This document shows positions 12,617 through 22,543 of a stretch of 64,000 nucleotides of DNA, in pieces. Every line of letters starts with the position of its first letter. The first letter of the stretch is position 1. The notes under the pieces are model-generated. The model ran no database searches. It saw nothing but the letters and a program-made list of their open reading frames with translations, and had not been told where the DNA came from. The translations under genes and the position numbers were made by a program. Source of the DNA: an uncultured Phycisphaerales bacterium (GTDB taxonomy: Bacteria; Planctomycetota; Phycisphaerae; Phycisphaerales; SM1A02); contig CALKEP010000027.1 in assembly GCA_938084645.1 (NCBI GenBank), positions 1 to 64,000 of the forward strand. Direction: 5' to 3'.

Positions 12617-14274
12617 CCGGTGACCGCGACGCGGATCTTCCACCGCGATTGCTCGATCGGGCGTTCCCGTTTCATTTCGCGGTGGACGAGCGGGGACGAA
12701 TCGTCCGCGCGGGCCCTCGCTTGCGGGAGATCGGCGGGGCGCTGGATCGCATCGAGTCCTTCTTCGCGCTCGACGCGATCGATTCGCCGATGCCGATCCG
12801 CGATTTCGACGCGTTGCGTCGGGCGGAAGGGGAACTGCAGGTCGTCCGGCTGCCGATGCTCGGAGGGATCCTGCTTCGGGGCGAGTTCATGCACGACGCC
12901 GAGGACGGGGTCGTTCGCTTTCTCGGTCACCCGTGGATCACCGATCTGTCCCAGCTCGCGGATCAGGGACTCGGACTCGGCGATTTCCCCGTCAATGCGG
13001 GCGTCGCCGATCTGCTCGTGCTTCTCCAGGCCCGGAACAACGCGGTGTCGGACATGCGGCGTCTGAACGGGCGGCTCAAGGAGACGTCCGAGGAGCTGGC
13101 CCGCCGGAACGATGAACTCGAGCGCGAGCTCGAACATCGCGGACGACTCGAGGAACAGCTTCTCCAGTCGCAGAAGATGGAGGCGATCGGCCAGTTGGCC
13201 AGCGGCGTGGCGCACGACTTCAACAACGTCCTGCTCGCGGTGTCGGGGCATGCGACCCTGGGGCTCAGCGCGGATCGCATCGAAGACGCGATTCGGCACT
13301 TCGAGTCGATCATCGAGGCCGGGAAACGGGCGGCGGACATCACGGCACGGCTCCTGGTGTTCGCCCGGAGGCGTCGGCTTCAGAGCGAGGACATCGGTCT
13401 CGCGGACGCGGTACGAGACAGCGTCTCGTTGCTGGATCCACTGTTGGAGGATCGATGCACGCTCGAACTGGACCTGGATGCCGGAGACGCGGGCATTCGC
13501 GCGGATCCGATGGCGGTCGCTCAGGTCATCGTGAATCTCGTGATGAACGCCCGTGACTCGATGCCGAAGGGGGGGAGGGTCATCGTGCGCACTCGCCGTG
13601 CCACGGCGGACGCATCCGTCGCCTGTACCAGCGGGGAACGTCCCGCGGGAACGTGGGCGATCCTCGAGATCGAGGATCATGGCGACGGGATCGACGACGC
13701 CACGCTGCCGAGGATCTTCGAACCGTTCTTCACCACGAAGGATCTCGGCGAGGGCACCGGGCTGGGACTCGCGACGGTGTGGTGGATCGTCGAACGATCG
13801 GATGGTTTCGTCGATGTGAAGACCGCGCCGGGCCACGGGACCACGATCTCCATTCACTTTCCCGTCACGGGCGACCCTGCGTCATCGATCAAGGCATCCG
13901 GCGGCGATGGCGACCGGCCGAGGGAGGGACGCGGACGGATGCTCCTCGTCGAGGACGACGAGCTCGTTCGCCGCGCGATGGTCGGCCTGCTCGAGGCGGA
14001 TGGCTGGACTGTGGAGGCCCTCGAGGCGGGTGATCAGGCGATCTCGATGTTGGAGCGCATGGACTGGTCCTATGACGTCGTGGTGACGGACCTGTCGCTT
14101 CCCGGGGTGGATGGCAGGGAGCTCGCGCGTCGCGTGCACGAGCGTCGGCCGGACACCCCGGTGGTTCTGATGTCCGGATCAGACCCCGGGGAGGCGATGA
14201 AAGGCCGGACCGCCATGCTTGCGAAGCCGTTCACGATGGCGGAACTCAACACCGTGATCATCGGCCTCCTCTGA
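12613..14274 (+). CDS. HNOBA(PAS-like)-HisKA-HATPase-REC hybrid kinase
   Basis: AFPFHF and FLGHPW...LGDFP (sGC HNOBA-like), GVAHDFNN, GTGLGL, receiver domain; TTG start overlaps the H-NOX stop. Confidence 0.88.
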   Translation: MTGDRDADLPPRLLDRAFPFHFAVDERGRIVRAGPRLREIGGALDRIESFFALDAIDSPMPIRDFDALRRAEGELQVVRLPMLGGILLRGEFMHDAEDGVVRFLGHPWITDLSQLADQGLGLGDFPVNAGVADLLVLLQARNNAVSDMRRLNGRLKETSEELARRNDELERELEHRGRLEEQLLQSQKMEAIGQLASGVAHDFNNVLLAVSGHATLGLSADRIEDAIRHFESIIEAGKRAADITARLLVFARRRRLQSEDIGLADAVRDSVSLLDPLLEDRCTLELDLDAGDAGIRADPMAVAQVIVNLVMNARDSMPKGGRVIVRTRRATADASVACTSGERPAGTWAILEIEDHGDGIDDATLPRIFEPFFTTKDLGEGTGLGLATVWWIVERSDGFVDVKTAPGHGTTISIHFPVTGDPASSIKASGGDGDRPREGRGRMLLVEDDELVRRAMVGLLEADGWTVEALEAGDQAISMLERMDWSYDVVVTDLSLPGVDGRELARRVHERRPDTPVVLMSGSDPGEAMKGRTAMLAKPFTMAELNTVIIGLL

Positions 14275-14298
14275 TCGGACCTCCGCCTCCGTCGCGAT

Positions 14299-15267
14299 TC
14301 AGCCGAGTGCCCGCTCGATCACCGCCAGCGTCTTCCGACGGCCCTCCTCGGCCACGGAGAGCGCGTCCCGTTTCCAATATTCCGGGTTGTAGAGTTCGAG
14401 GGACACGCATCGTTCGAAACCGATGTCGCGAAGGTCGCGAAGGCACTGCTCCAGCGGCAGAATCCCGTCGCCCGGGAAGACTCGGTGTTCATCCTTCAAG
14501 TCGACCTTCGCCGGCGTCGCGGGCGCATCGTTGAACTGGAAGATCGCGATGAAGTCTCCTTGGAGCTGCCGAAGCCCGGAAAAACCGGAGTCGCCGATGT
14601 GCATGTGGAAGACGTCCGGGATGATCCTCGCCTTCGGGTGATCGGCGTCCAGGGCGATCGCGGCAGCCTGGCCAAGACGGGCGGCGCCGGGCAGGAACTG
14701 CACGAAGACCATCGCGGGATTCAGATCGAACTCCCCGAGGCCGATCTCGAGCAGATCCCGATAGCGGGCGCTCGCCCAGGCGAGGTCGAACTCAGGCCAC
14801 GGTCGTGCGGGTTGCGGGATCACCTGGATGTGCCGCGCGCCGATCGCCGACGCCATTCGCATTCGATCGCGGGTCGCGGGAAGCCCGGCGTCCCACTCGG
14901 CCCGCGTCGGGGGAATGGCGTTCCAGAGTCCGATCACCGAGGGGACGAAGAGTCCTGCATCCTCGATTCGTCGTCGCAGGTCCGCCAGCGACCCTCCGTC
15001 GCGTTCGAAGTCGCGGAGCTCGCCGTCCCAGGGTTCGATCGCATCAAAGCCGGCTTCCGAGGCGATTTTCACCTTGTCGAGCAGGCTGGCCGGACGGATC
15101 GTCGCGGTATCGAGGCAGAGCGGCCACGGACTCCGGCCCTGTTGAAAGCGTTTCGCGGGCCCCGGCGCCGGATCGTCGGTGGGGGCCTTCGGGCGGCTCC
15201 CGCTCCCGGTGACGATTCCCGCGCCCAGTCCGGCCATCGCGGTCCTTCGATCGATTTCCGTCGGCAT
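14299..15267 (-). CDS. Sugar phosphate isomerase/epimerase (xylose-isomerase-like TIM barrel), Tat-like N-terminus
   Basis: DRRTAM, GFDAIEPW, DVFH, FQFND, PGDG, VSLELYN. Confidence 0.85.
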   Translation of the reverse strand: MPTEIDRRTAMAGLGAGIVTGSGSRPKAPTDDPAPGPAKRFQQGRSPWPLCLDTATIRPASLLDKVKIASEAGFDAIEPWDGELRDFERDGGSLADLRRRIEDAGLFVPSVIGLWNAIPPTRAEWDAGLPATRDRMRMASAIGARHIQVIPQPARPWPEFDLAWASARYRDLLEIGLGEFDLNPAMVFVQFLPGAARLGQAAAIALDADHPKARIIPDVFHMHIGDSGFSGLRQLQGDFIAIFQFNDAPATPAKVDLKDEHRVFPGDGILPLEQCLRDLRDIGFERCVSLELYNPEYWKRDALSVAEEGRRKTLAVIERALG

Positions 15268-15406
15268 GCCACGCTCCTGCAGGGTCTGAAGAGAGTCGAA
15301 CGATGGTGATCCGGTCATCTTGCCAGCCTAACGAGGCGAGCGGGATTTTCCGTCTCGTGCTGGTGCCGTCGGCTGGTAGATTGGCCTGCACTTCGGAGAC
15401 GACCGC

Positions 15407-17707
15407 ATGACGACCCGCATTTTTCGAAATCAGATCATCGCCGTGATGGTGATGCTGTTCATGACGCTTCCTTCGCTTGCGATCGCGACCCGCATCGATC
15501 GCATCGATGAGCAAGCCCGGCTCGAGGCGGCCCTCACCCTCGCCGGATCGAACCGGGCGGAGATCGCCCGGGCGGTCGACGCGACACCCGAACCACATCG
15601 CGCCGACATGGTCTGGCTGGTGGCTCGGATGCCCGAAGCCGACCTTCGGTCGTTCACCGCGGACCGTCTGCTCGAGAACCTTCGACTCGCGGTCGAGGCG
15701 ATGGAGGCGGCGCCCTGGCGGGACCAGGTGCCGCGCGAAGTCTTTCTCGACGCGGTGCTTCCGTATGCGGTGGTGAACGAACGTCGTGACGACTGGCGTG
15801 CGGATTTTCGTGCTCGGTTCCTTCCGATCGTCGAATCGGCGGAATCGCCCGCGGAAGCCGCGGCCCTCCTCAATCAGAAGGTCTTTCCGCAGGTCGGGGT
15901 GAAGTATTCCACCAAGCGGCCGAAGGCGGACCAGTCCGGGCTCGAGTCGATCGAGGCGGGGCTCGCGTCCTGCACCGGACTCAGCGTCCTGCTCATCGAA
16001 GCGTGCCGGGCGACCGGCGTGCCCGCTCGATTCGTGGGCGTGCCGCTCTGGTCGGATGGGAGCGGGAACCACAGCTGGGTGGAGATCTGGGACGGTGAAC
16101 GATGGCGATTCACCGGTGCGGCGGAACCGACCGGCATGGATCTCGACAAGGGCTGGTTCGCCGGTCGCGCCAGTGGCGCGGTGCGGGACGATCCGCGTCG
16201 CGCGGTCTGGGCGACCACCTGGAACGACTCACCCGCGCACTTCCCGCTGGTCTGGGCGGCGGACGACCGCAGCGTGCGGGCCGTCAACGTCACCGATCGC
16301 TACACCTCCGAGCCGGTCGAGGTGCCGGATGGGTTCGGGCGACTCTACGTTCGACTCCGGGACCTCGAGTCGGGTCGTCGGGTCGCGGCGCCCGCATCGG
16401 TGGTGGTCGACGGTGCGATCATCGCGAGGGGCACGACCCGGGACGACTCCTTCGACGGTAACGATCACCTTGAATTCGTGGTCCCGTTGAACGCGGACTT
16501 CATGGTTCGGTTCGAATTGCCGAATGGCGAGCTGGAGGCCGGCCAGCGATTCTCCCGCGACCAGCAGATGCTCGACGTGGAGACCGGGATCTCCGTGAAG
16601 GACGAGACCGGTTCCGCTCGGAAGGGACTTTCCCGGAAGCAGGCCGAGGCTCGAATCGATCGGGCGGTGAAGCGTCACCGGACCATGATCCGGCGAACCC
16701 GGGGCAAGGAGATGGACGCGAAGGTTCTCGAACTCGACGGACGTCGCATGCCGTTCTGGTATTCGGTCAACGGTGAGCCGCCGGCCGGCGAGGGGCGGAG
16801 CCTCTTCATCTCGATGCACGGTGGGGGCGGCGCCCCACCCGCGGTGAACACGCAGCAGTGGGAGAATCAGAAGCGGTTGTACAAGCCTGCAGAAGGCGTC
16901 TATCTCGCGCCAAGGGCGCCGACCGACACCTGGAATCTCTGGCACCAGGGACACGTCGATGACTTCTTCGACCGATTGATCGAGAACCTCGTGGTGTTCG
17001 AGAACGTCGATCCCGACAAGGTCTACTTCATGGGCTACTCGGCGGGCGGTGACGGGGTGTACCAGCTCGCGCCCCGGATGGCGGATCGACTGGCCGCCGC
17101 CGCGATGATGGCCGGACACCCCAACGAGACGAAGCCGGACGGCCTTCGAAACCTTCCCTTCACGCTTCACATGGGGGGCAAGGACGGCGCCTACGACCGC
17201 AACAAGATCGCACGGAACTGGAAGGTGATGCTCGCGGACCTCACGGCCGGCGACGAGGGAGGCTACCCGCACGAGGTGGTCATTCACGAGGGCAAGGGGC
17301 ACTGGATGGAACGCGAGGACGCGGTCGCGGTTCCCTGGATGGCACAGCACCGCCGCATCTCGCGCCCCGAACGCATCGTCTGGCTGCAGGACGACGTGAC
17401 GCATTCGCGTTTCTACTGGCTCGCGGTCGACGAGCCGAAGGCCCGTGAACGAATCGTCGTGGAGCGATCCGGCAACGTGATCGACATCATCGAAGGTGGT
17501 GAGCGCGGACTCCGCATCAGGCTCGATGATTCGATGGTCGATCTGAACGCGCCCGTGACCGTGCGGCGGGGCGGTGCGGTGGTGTTCGAGGGCATGGCGC
17601 CGAGAAGCCGCGAAGTGATCGATCGCACATTGAAGGAACGCGGCGACCCGGCGGGGGTGTACACCGCGGAAGTCATCGTGCCGCCAGCGGCCTCGGGACG
17701 AAAGTGA
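15407..17707 (+). CDS. Secreted transglutaminase-like domain + alpha/beta-hydrolase fusion
   Basis: SCTGLS...GVPAR...NHSWVEIWD (Cys-His-Asp); MHGGG and GYSAGG nucleophile elbow; GKGHWM. Confidence 0.8.
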   Translation: MTTRIFRNQIIAVMVMLFMTLPSLAIATRIDRIDEQARLEAALTLAGSNRAEIARAVDATPEPHRADMVWLVARMPEADLRSFTADRLLENLRLAVEAMEAAPWRDQVPREVFLDAVLPYAVVNERRDDWRADFRARFLPIVESAESPAEAAALLNQKVFPQVGVKYSTKRPKADQSGLESIEAGLASCTGLSVLLIEACRATGVPARFVGVPLWSDGSGNHSWVEIWDGERWRFTGAAEPTGMDLDKGWFAGRASGAVRDDPRRAVWATTWNDSPAHFPLVWAADDRSVRAVNVTDRYTSEPVEVPDGFGRLYVRLRDLESGRRVAAPASVVVDGAIIARGTTRDDSFDGNDHLEFVVPLNADFMVRFELPNGELEAGQRFSRDQQMLDVETGISVKDETGSARKGLSRKQAEARIDRAVKRHRTMIRRTRGKEMDAKVLELDGRRMPFWYSVNGEPPAGEGRSLFISMHGGGGAPPAVNTQQWENQKRLYKPAEGVYLAPRAPTDTWNLWHQGHVDDFFDRLIENLVVFENVDPDKVYFMGYSAGGDGVYQLAPRMADRLAAAAMMAGHPNETKPDGLRNLPFTLHMGGKDGAYDRNKIARNWKVMLADLTAGDEGGYPHEVVIHEGKGHWMEREDAVAVPWMAQHRRISRPERIVWLQDDVTHSRFYWLAVDEPKARERIVVERSGNVIDIIEGGERGLRIRLDDSMVDLNAPVTVRRGGAVVFEGMAPRSREVIDRTLKERGDPAGVYTAEVIVPPAASGRK

Positions 17708-18141
17708 CGCCCGACGTGCACGGAGAGAGAACGCGTGTCACCCTGATCGGCGACGGCATGATCGCACAACGGGTCCTCGACCGGTTGATCGCGACGGGCT
17801 TCGAGATCGTGACCTGTCTTCCGGGGGGCGAAGGCTCGATCGATCCGCGCGATCCGCGCGGTCGGTCAGTGGATGAACGCGATCATGAATTCTCCAGGCT
17901 GCTGCTGGGATCGCTCGCCACCCACCGCCCCGAACCGGAATCGATGGCGGTGAGGCTGGTGACGCGGCGCCGACGCAGGCGTCTCTATGCCGCTTGGTGG
18001 CGGCTCGCACGCGGAGGCATCGATCACGAACCCGTCGATCTGGACGAGCACGAGGACTTCTTTCGATTCGGCTCGGAATCCCTGCTCGCCGATGTGATCC
18101 AGCGACATCTCGAAGCGTCGGTCGCCGGCTCGTCATCCTGA
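17704..18141 (+). CDS. Hypothetical protein
   Basis: GTGA overlap with upstream gene; plausible codon usage; followed by hairpins. Confidence 0.55.
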   Translation: MTPDVHGERTRVTLIGDGMIAQRVLDRLIATGFEIVTCLPGGEGSIDPRDPRGRSVDERDHEFSRLLLGSLATHRPEPESMAVRLVTRRRRRRLYAAWWRLARGGIDHEPVDLDEHEDFFRFGSESLLADVIQRHLEASVAGSSS

Positions 18142-18210
18142 CGAGGCGAAGCCTCGCGATGGCTTCGCCCTCGCGCAATGAAACGGGACCCGGCGAGTGC
18201 CGGGTCCCGT
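18142..18210. terminator. Two tandem stem-loops between convergent genes
   Basis: GGCGAAGCC...GGCTTCGCC (within 18142-18173) and ACGGGACCCGGC-GAGT-GCCGGGTCCCGT (18183-18210). Confidence 0.65.
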
Positions 18211-18249
18211 CTTCTGATTCGACGAACGAATGATCGTCCGAGGTCCTGC

Positions 18250-18966
18250 TCAGTCGCGTCGTCGACGACCGGCGAGGCCGGCCATGCCGAGAAGCGCGAG
18301 CGCGCCGGGGGCCGGCACCGCCTGGATGTTGAAGACGTAGTTGATCCCGTTCAGGTTCGATGACTCGAGGAAGTCGATCCCGAGGCCCGCGGTCTGGTAG
18401 AACGAGGTCGGATCCGGATAGGGAAACGGCGAAGTGCCGAAGTTGATCGCGGTCGTCTCTTCGCCACCCATGGTGTCGTAGTACGTCTGCGTGCCCGATT
18501 CCACCATCCACTCGGTGCCGAGCGCAATGCCGTCCGCGGGGAACGGGCCGCCGCCGGTTCGGAATCCGATGTCGAAGTACTGGATGTTGGCGGTACGACC
18601 GCTCGGCAGAGTCATCGCCAGCGGCTCGATGTGGCTGAAGAAGCTCGCGCCGTCCGAGGTCGACCAGTCGACGGTCACCTGGAACATGCCGTCACCGAGG
18701 TCGGCCGTCGTCGCGGCGACCTGGTACGCCGAAGCGCTCTGGGTGACCAGGTTGAAGAGGGCGGTCGGGCCGGAGTTGGTCGTGGGGGTGTATCCGGGGA
18801 ACGTGGTCGCACCGAACGTGTACAGATTGAGATCGGCGAAGTCGGGGGCACCGGTATCGGGATCGACCCAGCTGGTGGCGACGCCGGCGGTGAACGTGTC
18901 CGAGACGGCGGTGGTGGTGGCGAAGCCGACGGCGGCGATGGCGATGGACGCGAAAGCGAGACGCAT
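18250..18966 (-). CDS. PEP-CTERM-like (VPAP) exosortase-sorted surface protein
   Basis: AAGGAG RBS, signal peptide, C-terminus VPAPGALALLGMAGLAGRRRRD. Confidence 0.88.
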   Translation of the reverse strand: MRLAFASIAIAAVGFATTTAVSDTFTAGVATSWVDPDTGAPDFADLNLYTFGATTFPGYTPTTNSGPTALFNLVTQSASAYQVAATTADLGDGMFQVTVDWSTSDGASFFSHIEPLAMTLPSGRTANIQYFDIGFRTGGGPFPADGIALGTEWMVESGTQTYYDTMGGEETTAINFGTSPFPYPDPTSFYQTAGLGIDFLESSNLNGINYVFNIQAVPAPGALALLGMAGLAGRRRRD

Positions 18967-19392
18967 GAGATTCTCCTTCTCTACGATCGGGATGTGGGAC
19001 ACGGAGCCCTGACATACGGGCCTCCGCGCCCCAACTTAGTTGGGTCGCATTCGATTCAGGCCATGTCTGGGGCGGCGGGGGGCGATTTTGACAAGAACAA
19101 CACGGAAGAACCACCCGTTCGGGTGGGCGCCGTCGTGCGATCGCCGAACGACCAAACGATTGGTCGGAGGTCGGCCTTGAAAGCATGATTCAACCGAAGG
19201 TCATGCGGTCACAGGTGAGCGCCTCGAACGGAGGCGGTTCGTTTTCCGACACGCGATTCCTTGAACCGCGGCGAAGAACGCATCGGCGTGATGCAAGCGG
19301 ACGAGGAGATAAGATGGCCTCGTGGCTGGTGCGATCGCGGCTGCCGGGGGCCCGAACCTGCCGGGGTGGAACCGATTGAGGAGTGATTCATC

Positions 19393-20262
19393 GTGAGTGA
19401 GGATGATGGTGTCGGCCGGATCCGCGCGGAACGCAACCAGCGATTCGCAAGGCAGCTCGATCGAAGCAGGGTCTGGAGCCTCGATGATCCGGCGGTGCGT
19501 GAGATCCTCTTCGATCCGCTGGCGCTGCGTCTGCTCGATGCGATTCGAAGAGCCCCTGACCCAATCAAGCACGCGGGGCTGTTCGATGCCGAACTGGGCT
19601 CGCCCACGGATGTGACGACCCGTCTGCAACGGTTGGAATCGATCGGGATGATCCGATTCGACCGTACCGAAGGAAGGTCCGGGTTCACGGCCGTGGATAA
19701 GCTCATCGCGGTCCACTGCGGCGAGTCGGGGGAGGAGAAGGCGCACTTCAATCGATACCGGGAGATGGTGTCGGCATTCAATGAATCGCTCCCCGTGATT
19801 CCAGTCGACCACGAGGAGGAGAATCTGTACACCGATCGGGTGCACCTGCTCACGGACGATGAGCGAAATCGGGTCGAGAAGGCGATTCACCGCGTCCTTC
19901 GCGAACTCTGCCGGTTGGAGGAGAACCCGACCGTGGAAGGCCCCGACGAGCCGAGGCGAACGCCCATGAGACTGAGCATCCGGAAGTCCGAAGTCGCCGT
20001 CGACGGGCCGTTGCTGGCTCCGGTCTTCCTGTTCCGGGAGAGCATGGTCGCTTCCTCGCGGAAGATCCTGGATTCGGTGGTGGACCGGCTCACGCCGCGA
20101 CAGATCGAGGTCGCCACGCTTCTCGTGGAGGGTTCGACGAAGGCCGACATCGCGGAAGCGCTCGACGTGTCGGAGAACACCATCAAGTCGACGGTGCGAT
20201 CGATCTACAAGAAGCTGGGCGTCACTTCGAAGGCCGAGTTCATCCGTTCGATGACGGAATGA
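19393..20262 (+). CDS. Transcriptional regulator, N-terminal winged HTH + C-terminal LuxR HTH
   Basis: LTPRQIEVATLLVEGSTKADIAEALDVSENTIKSTVRSIYKKLGV; ArsR-like N-terminus; GAGGAG RBS. Confidence 0.85.
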   Translation: MSEDDGVGRIRAERNQRFARQLDRSRVWSLDDPAVREILFDPLALRLLDAIRRAPDPIKHAGLFDAELGSPTDVTTRLQRLESIGMIRFDRTEGRSGFTAVDKLIAVHCGESGEEKAHFNRYREMVSAFNESLPVIPVDHEEENLYTDRVHLLTDDERNRVEKAIHRVLRELCRLEENPTVEGPDEPRRTPMRLSIRKSEVAVDGPLLAPVFLFRESMVASSRKILDSVVDRLTPRQIEVATLLVEGSTKADIAEALDVSENTIKSTVRSIYKKLGVTSKAEFIRSMTE

Positions 20263-21721
20263 TCGAACCCGGCCTCAGCAGCGGACGCGCCGCCAGCATC
20301 ACGACGAGGGTCGCGATGGAAGCCACGACGGGGGCCAGGTCCTCGATGGCCGACGTCACGATCAGCCAGACACCGAGGGCGAGTGAGAGCAACGGCGGAA
20401 TCGGATAGAGCGGAATGCGGAAGGGGCGGGGGAGATCGGGCGACCGCACCCGCTGGACCATGACCGAGAGCATCGTGAGGCAGACGGCGAAGGTGGTGAG
20501 CACGCCGACGTATTCCAGCAGCGCCTTGAGACCGGACGCCCAGACGAGCGGGATCGTGGCTGCGATCATCAGCACGATCGCGAGCGTCGGGGCCCCGCGT
20601 CGGTTGAGCGTTCCCCACGAGGCGGGAAGCTGGCTCTTCCAGGACATCGCCGCGACGACCCGTCCGCTGGTCATCACCGAAACGCTCAGGGTCGAGACGA
20701 AGAGAAGGACGATCATCGCGATGACCAGTCGTCCGCCGACTTCGCCGAAGAGATGTCGCGCCGTGATCGCACCGATGTTGGCCATGGGGACGATCGTGCC
20801 GTCGGAATCGAGCTCGAGCATCGCCGCCGGCGGCATCACGCGCAGATACACCACGTTCATCAGGAGATAGAGCGCGCCGACGACGACCACGCTGCCGATG
20901 ATGGCGAGTGGAAGCGATCGACCCGGATTTCGGATCTCCCCCGCGACCTCCGCCGCGGTCGACCAGCCGAGGTAGGCGAACGAGATCGTGATCACCGCGA
21001 GCCCGATCGCCGCCGAGAAGACCGGCGGAGACGGAGCGTTGCGGAGGTGCTCGAGGATCTCGCCCGGATCCGCACCGAGCGGGATCGTCGCGAGCGGCGA
21101 CTCGGGAAGCGTGTCCCGCGCCGCGGCGATCAACGCCGCATCCGGGACCAACGGCTCGACCGACATCGCCAGCCCGGCGACGATGAAACCCACGATCACC
21201 AGGACCTTGAGCATCACGAGGCCGTCGTTGAACCGCTTGCCGCCGATCACCGTGATCGCGTGGATCACCCCCAGGCCGAGGAGGAGGACCGTCGCGGTGA
21301 TGCGTGCCTCCGTCCAGGGCGCGAGGTTCTCGATGTACTCGCCCGCCACGATCGCGATCGCGGCGAGTGCCGCGATGTAGCCGATGAAGAGGGTGATCAT
21401 GCCGTTGAGGTAGCCGCAGGTCGGACCGAGACTCTCGTGGACGACCACGTACTGCGAACTCGCTTTCGGCCGCATCGACCCGAGTTCGCCGATGGTCAGC
21501 GCTCCGGCGAGGGCCACGATCCCGGCGATGACCCAGGTCAGGATCAGATTGCTGGTCGAGCCGAGGTCGGCGCCGACCACGCCGGTCACCGTGAAGATTC
21601 CCATGCCGATCATGGAGGCGACGCAGATCCCGGTGGCGCTCCCGAGGCCGATCACCCGGTGCTGTCGCTCCGGCGAAGGCGGGTCCGGGTCGGCGGTGCG
21701 TTGGGAGTCGCTTCCGGTCAT
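20240..21721 (-). CDS. APC-family amino acid permease
   Basis: MIGMGIF, GELGS, FAYLGW...AGEIRNPGRSLP, RPFRIPLYP. Confidence 0.9.
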   Translation of the reverse strand: MTGSDSQRTADPDPPSPERQHRVIGLGSATGICVASMIGMGIFTVTGVVGADLGSTSNLILTWVIAGIVALAGALTIGELGSMRPKASSQYVVVHESLGPTCGYLNGMITLFIGYIAALAAIAIVAGEYIENLAPWTEARITATVLLLGLGVIHAITVIGGKRFNDGLVMLKVLVIVGFIVAGLAMSVEPLVPDAALIAAARDTLPESPLATIPLGADPGEILEHLRNAPSPPVFSAAIGLAVITISFAYLGWSTAAEVAGEIRNPGRSLPLAIIGSVVVVGALYLLMNVVYLRVMPPAAMLELDSDGTIVPMANIGAITARHLFGEVGGRLVIAMIVLLFVSTLSVSVMTSGRVVAAMSWKSQLPASWGTLNRRGAPTLAIVLMIAATIPLVWASGLKALLEYVGVLTTFAVCLTMLSVMVQRVRSPDLPRPFRIPLYPIPPLLSLALGVWLIVTSAIEDLAPVVASIATLVVMLAARPLLRPGSIIPSSNG

Positions 21722-21812
21722 CCGGTCAGTATCGTGTCTGGGCGCCACCGGTGCTTTTGCCGGGTGGCTCGCCGGACCACTCCGTCTGCACCATCGTCGC
21801 CGGGAAGAATCG

Positions 21813-22532
21813 ATGACCGTCTCCACCGACCGACAACCAGGCGATCCGCCGCGATCGATCATCGGGCGGATCGCAGCGTTCCGGGGGTGGCGAGGCGCCT
21901 GGCTCGTCGCGGTGATCTACTTCATCGGATTCAGCGTGGTCTGGACCCTGGCGCATGAACTCAGCGATCTGCACGGGACGCGACTCCCGTTGACGTTCCA
22001 GTGGGAGTCGCGAATACCCCTGCAACGTTGGGCGATCCCGCTCTACTTCACCCTCGACCTTTCCGTGATCCTGCTTCCATGCATCTTCAGATCGGCGCGC
22101 GAGGCGATTCCACCGATGGGACTTCTGCTGCTCCAGGTGGTGATCGCGGCGCCGTTCTTCGTCCTGCTCCCCATCGAGAACGCGTACGTCGATGACATGC
22201 CCACCGGCGTGTGGGGTGCCTATCTCTTCGAACCGCTGGGCTTGAAGAACGTGTCGCAGTGGAATCAGACCCCGTCGCTTCACGTCACCTACGCGCTGAC
22301 GGTGGCGACGGTGATCGGGCGTCGATGGGGCGGCTGGTGGTGGGCGCTGGGCTTCGCCTGGGCGATTCCGGTGGCCGTCACCACCATGCTCGTCCACGAG
22401 CATCACCTCGTCTGCGTCGTCGGGGGACTGGTGCTCTACGCCGCGACGGTCCCGCTGCTTCGGAGGTGGGGCGGACGACTCGATCTCGATCAGTCGGGAG
22501 TGGAGGCTTCGTTCGATCGCCGCATGGGCTGA
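21813..22532 (+). CDS. PAP2-superfamily membrane phosphatase/phosphotransferase
   Basis: Multiple TM helices; NQTPSLHV and HEHH motifs. Confidence 0.7.
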   Translation: MTVSTDRQPGDPPRSIIGRIAAFRGWRGAWLVAVIYFIGFSVVWTLAHELSDLHGTRLPLTFQWESRIPLQRWAIPLYFTLDLSVILLPCIFRSAREAIPPMGLLLLQVVIAAPFFVLLPIENAYVDDMPTGVWGAYLFEPLGLKNVSQWNQTPSLHVTYALTVATVIGRRWGGWWWALGFAWAIPVAVTTMLVHEHHLVCVVGGLVLYAATVPLLRRWGGRLDLDQSGVEASFDRRMG

Positions 22533-22543
22533 TCGCCGCGGTG

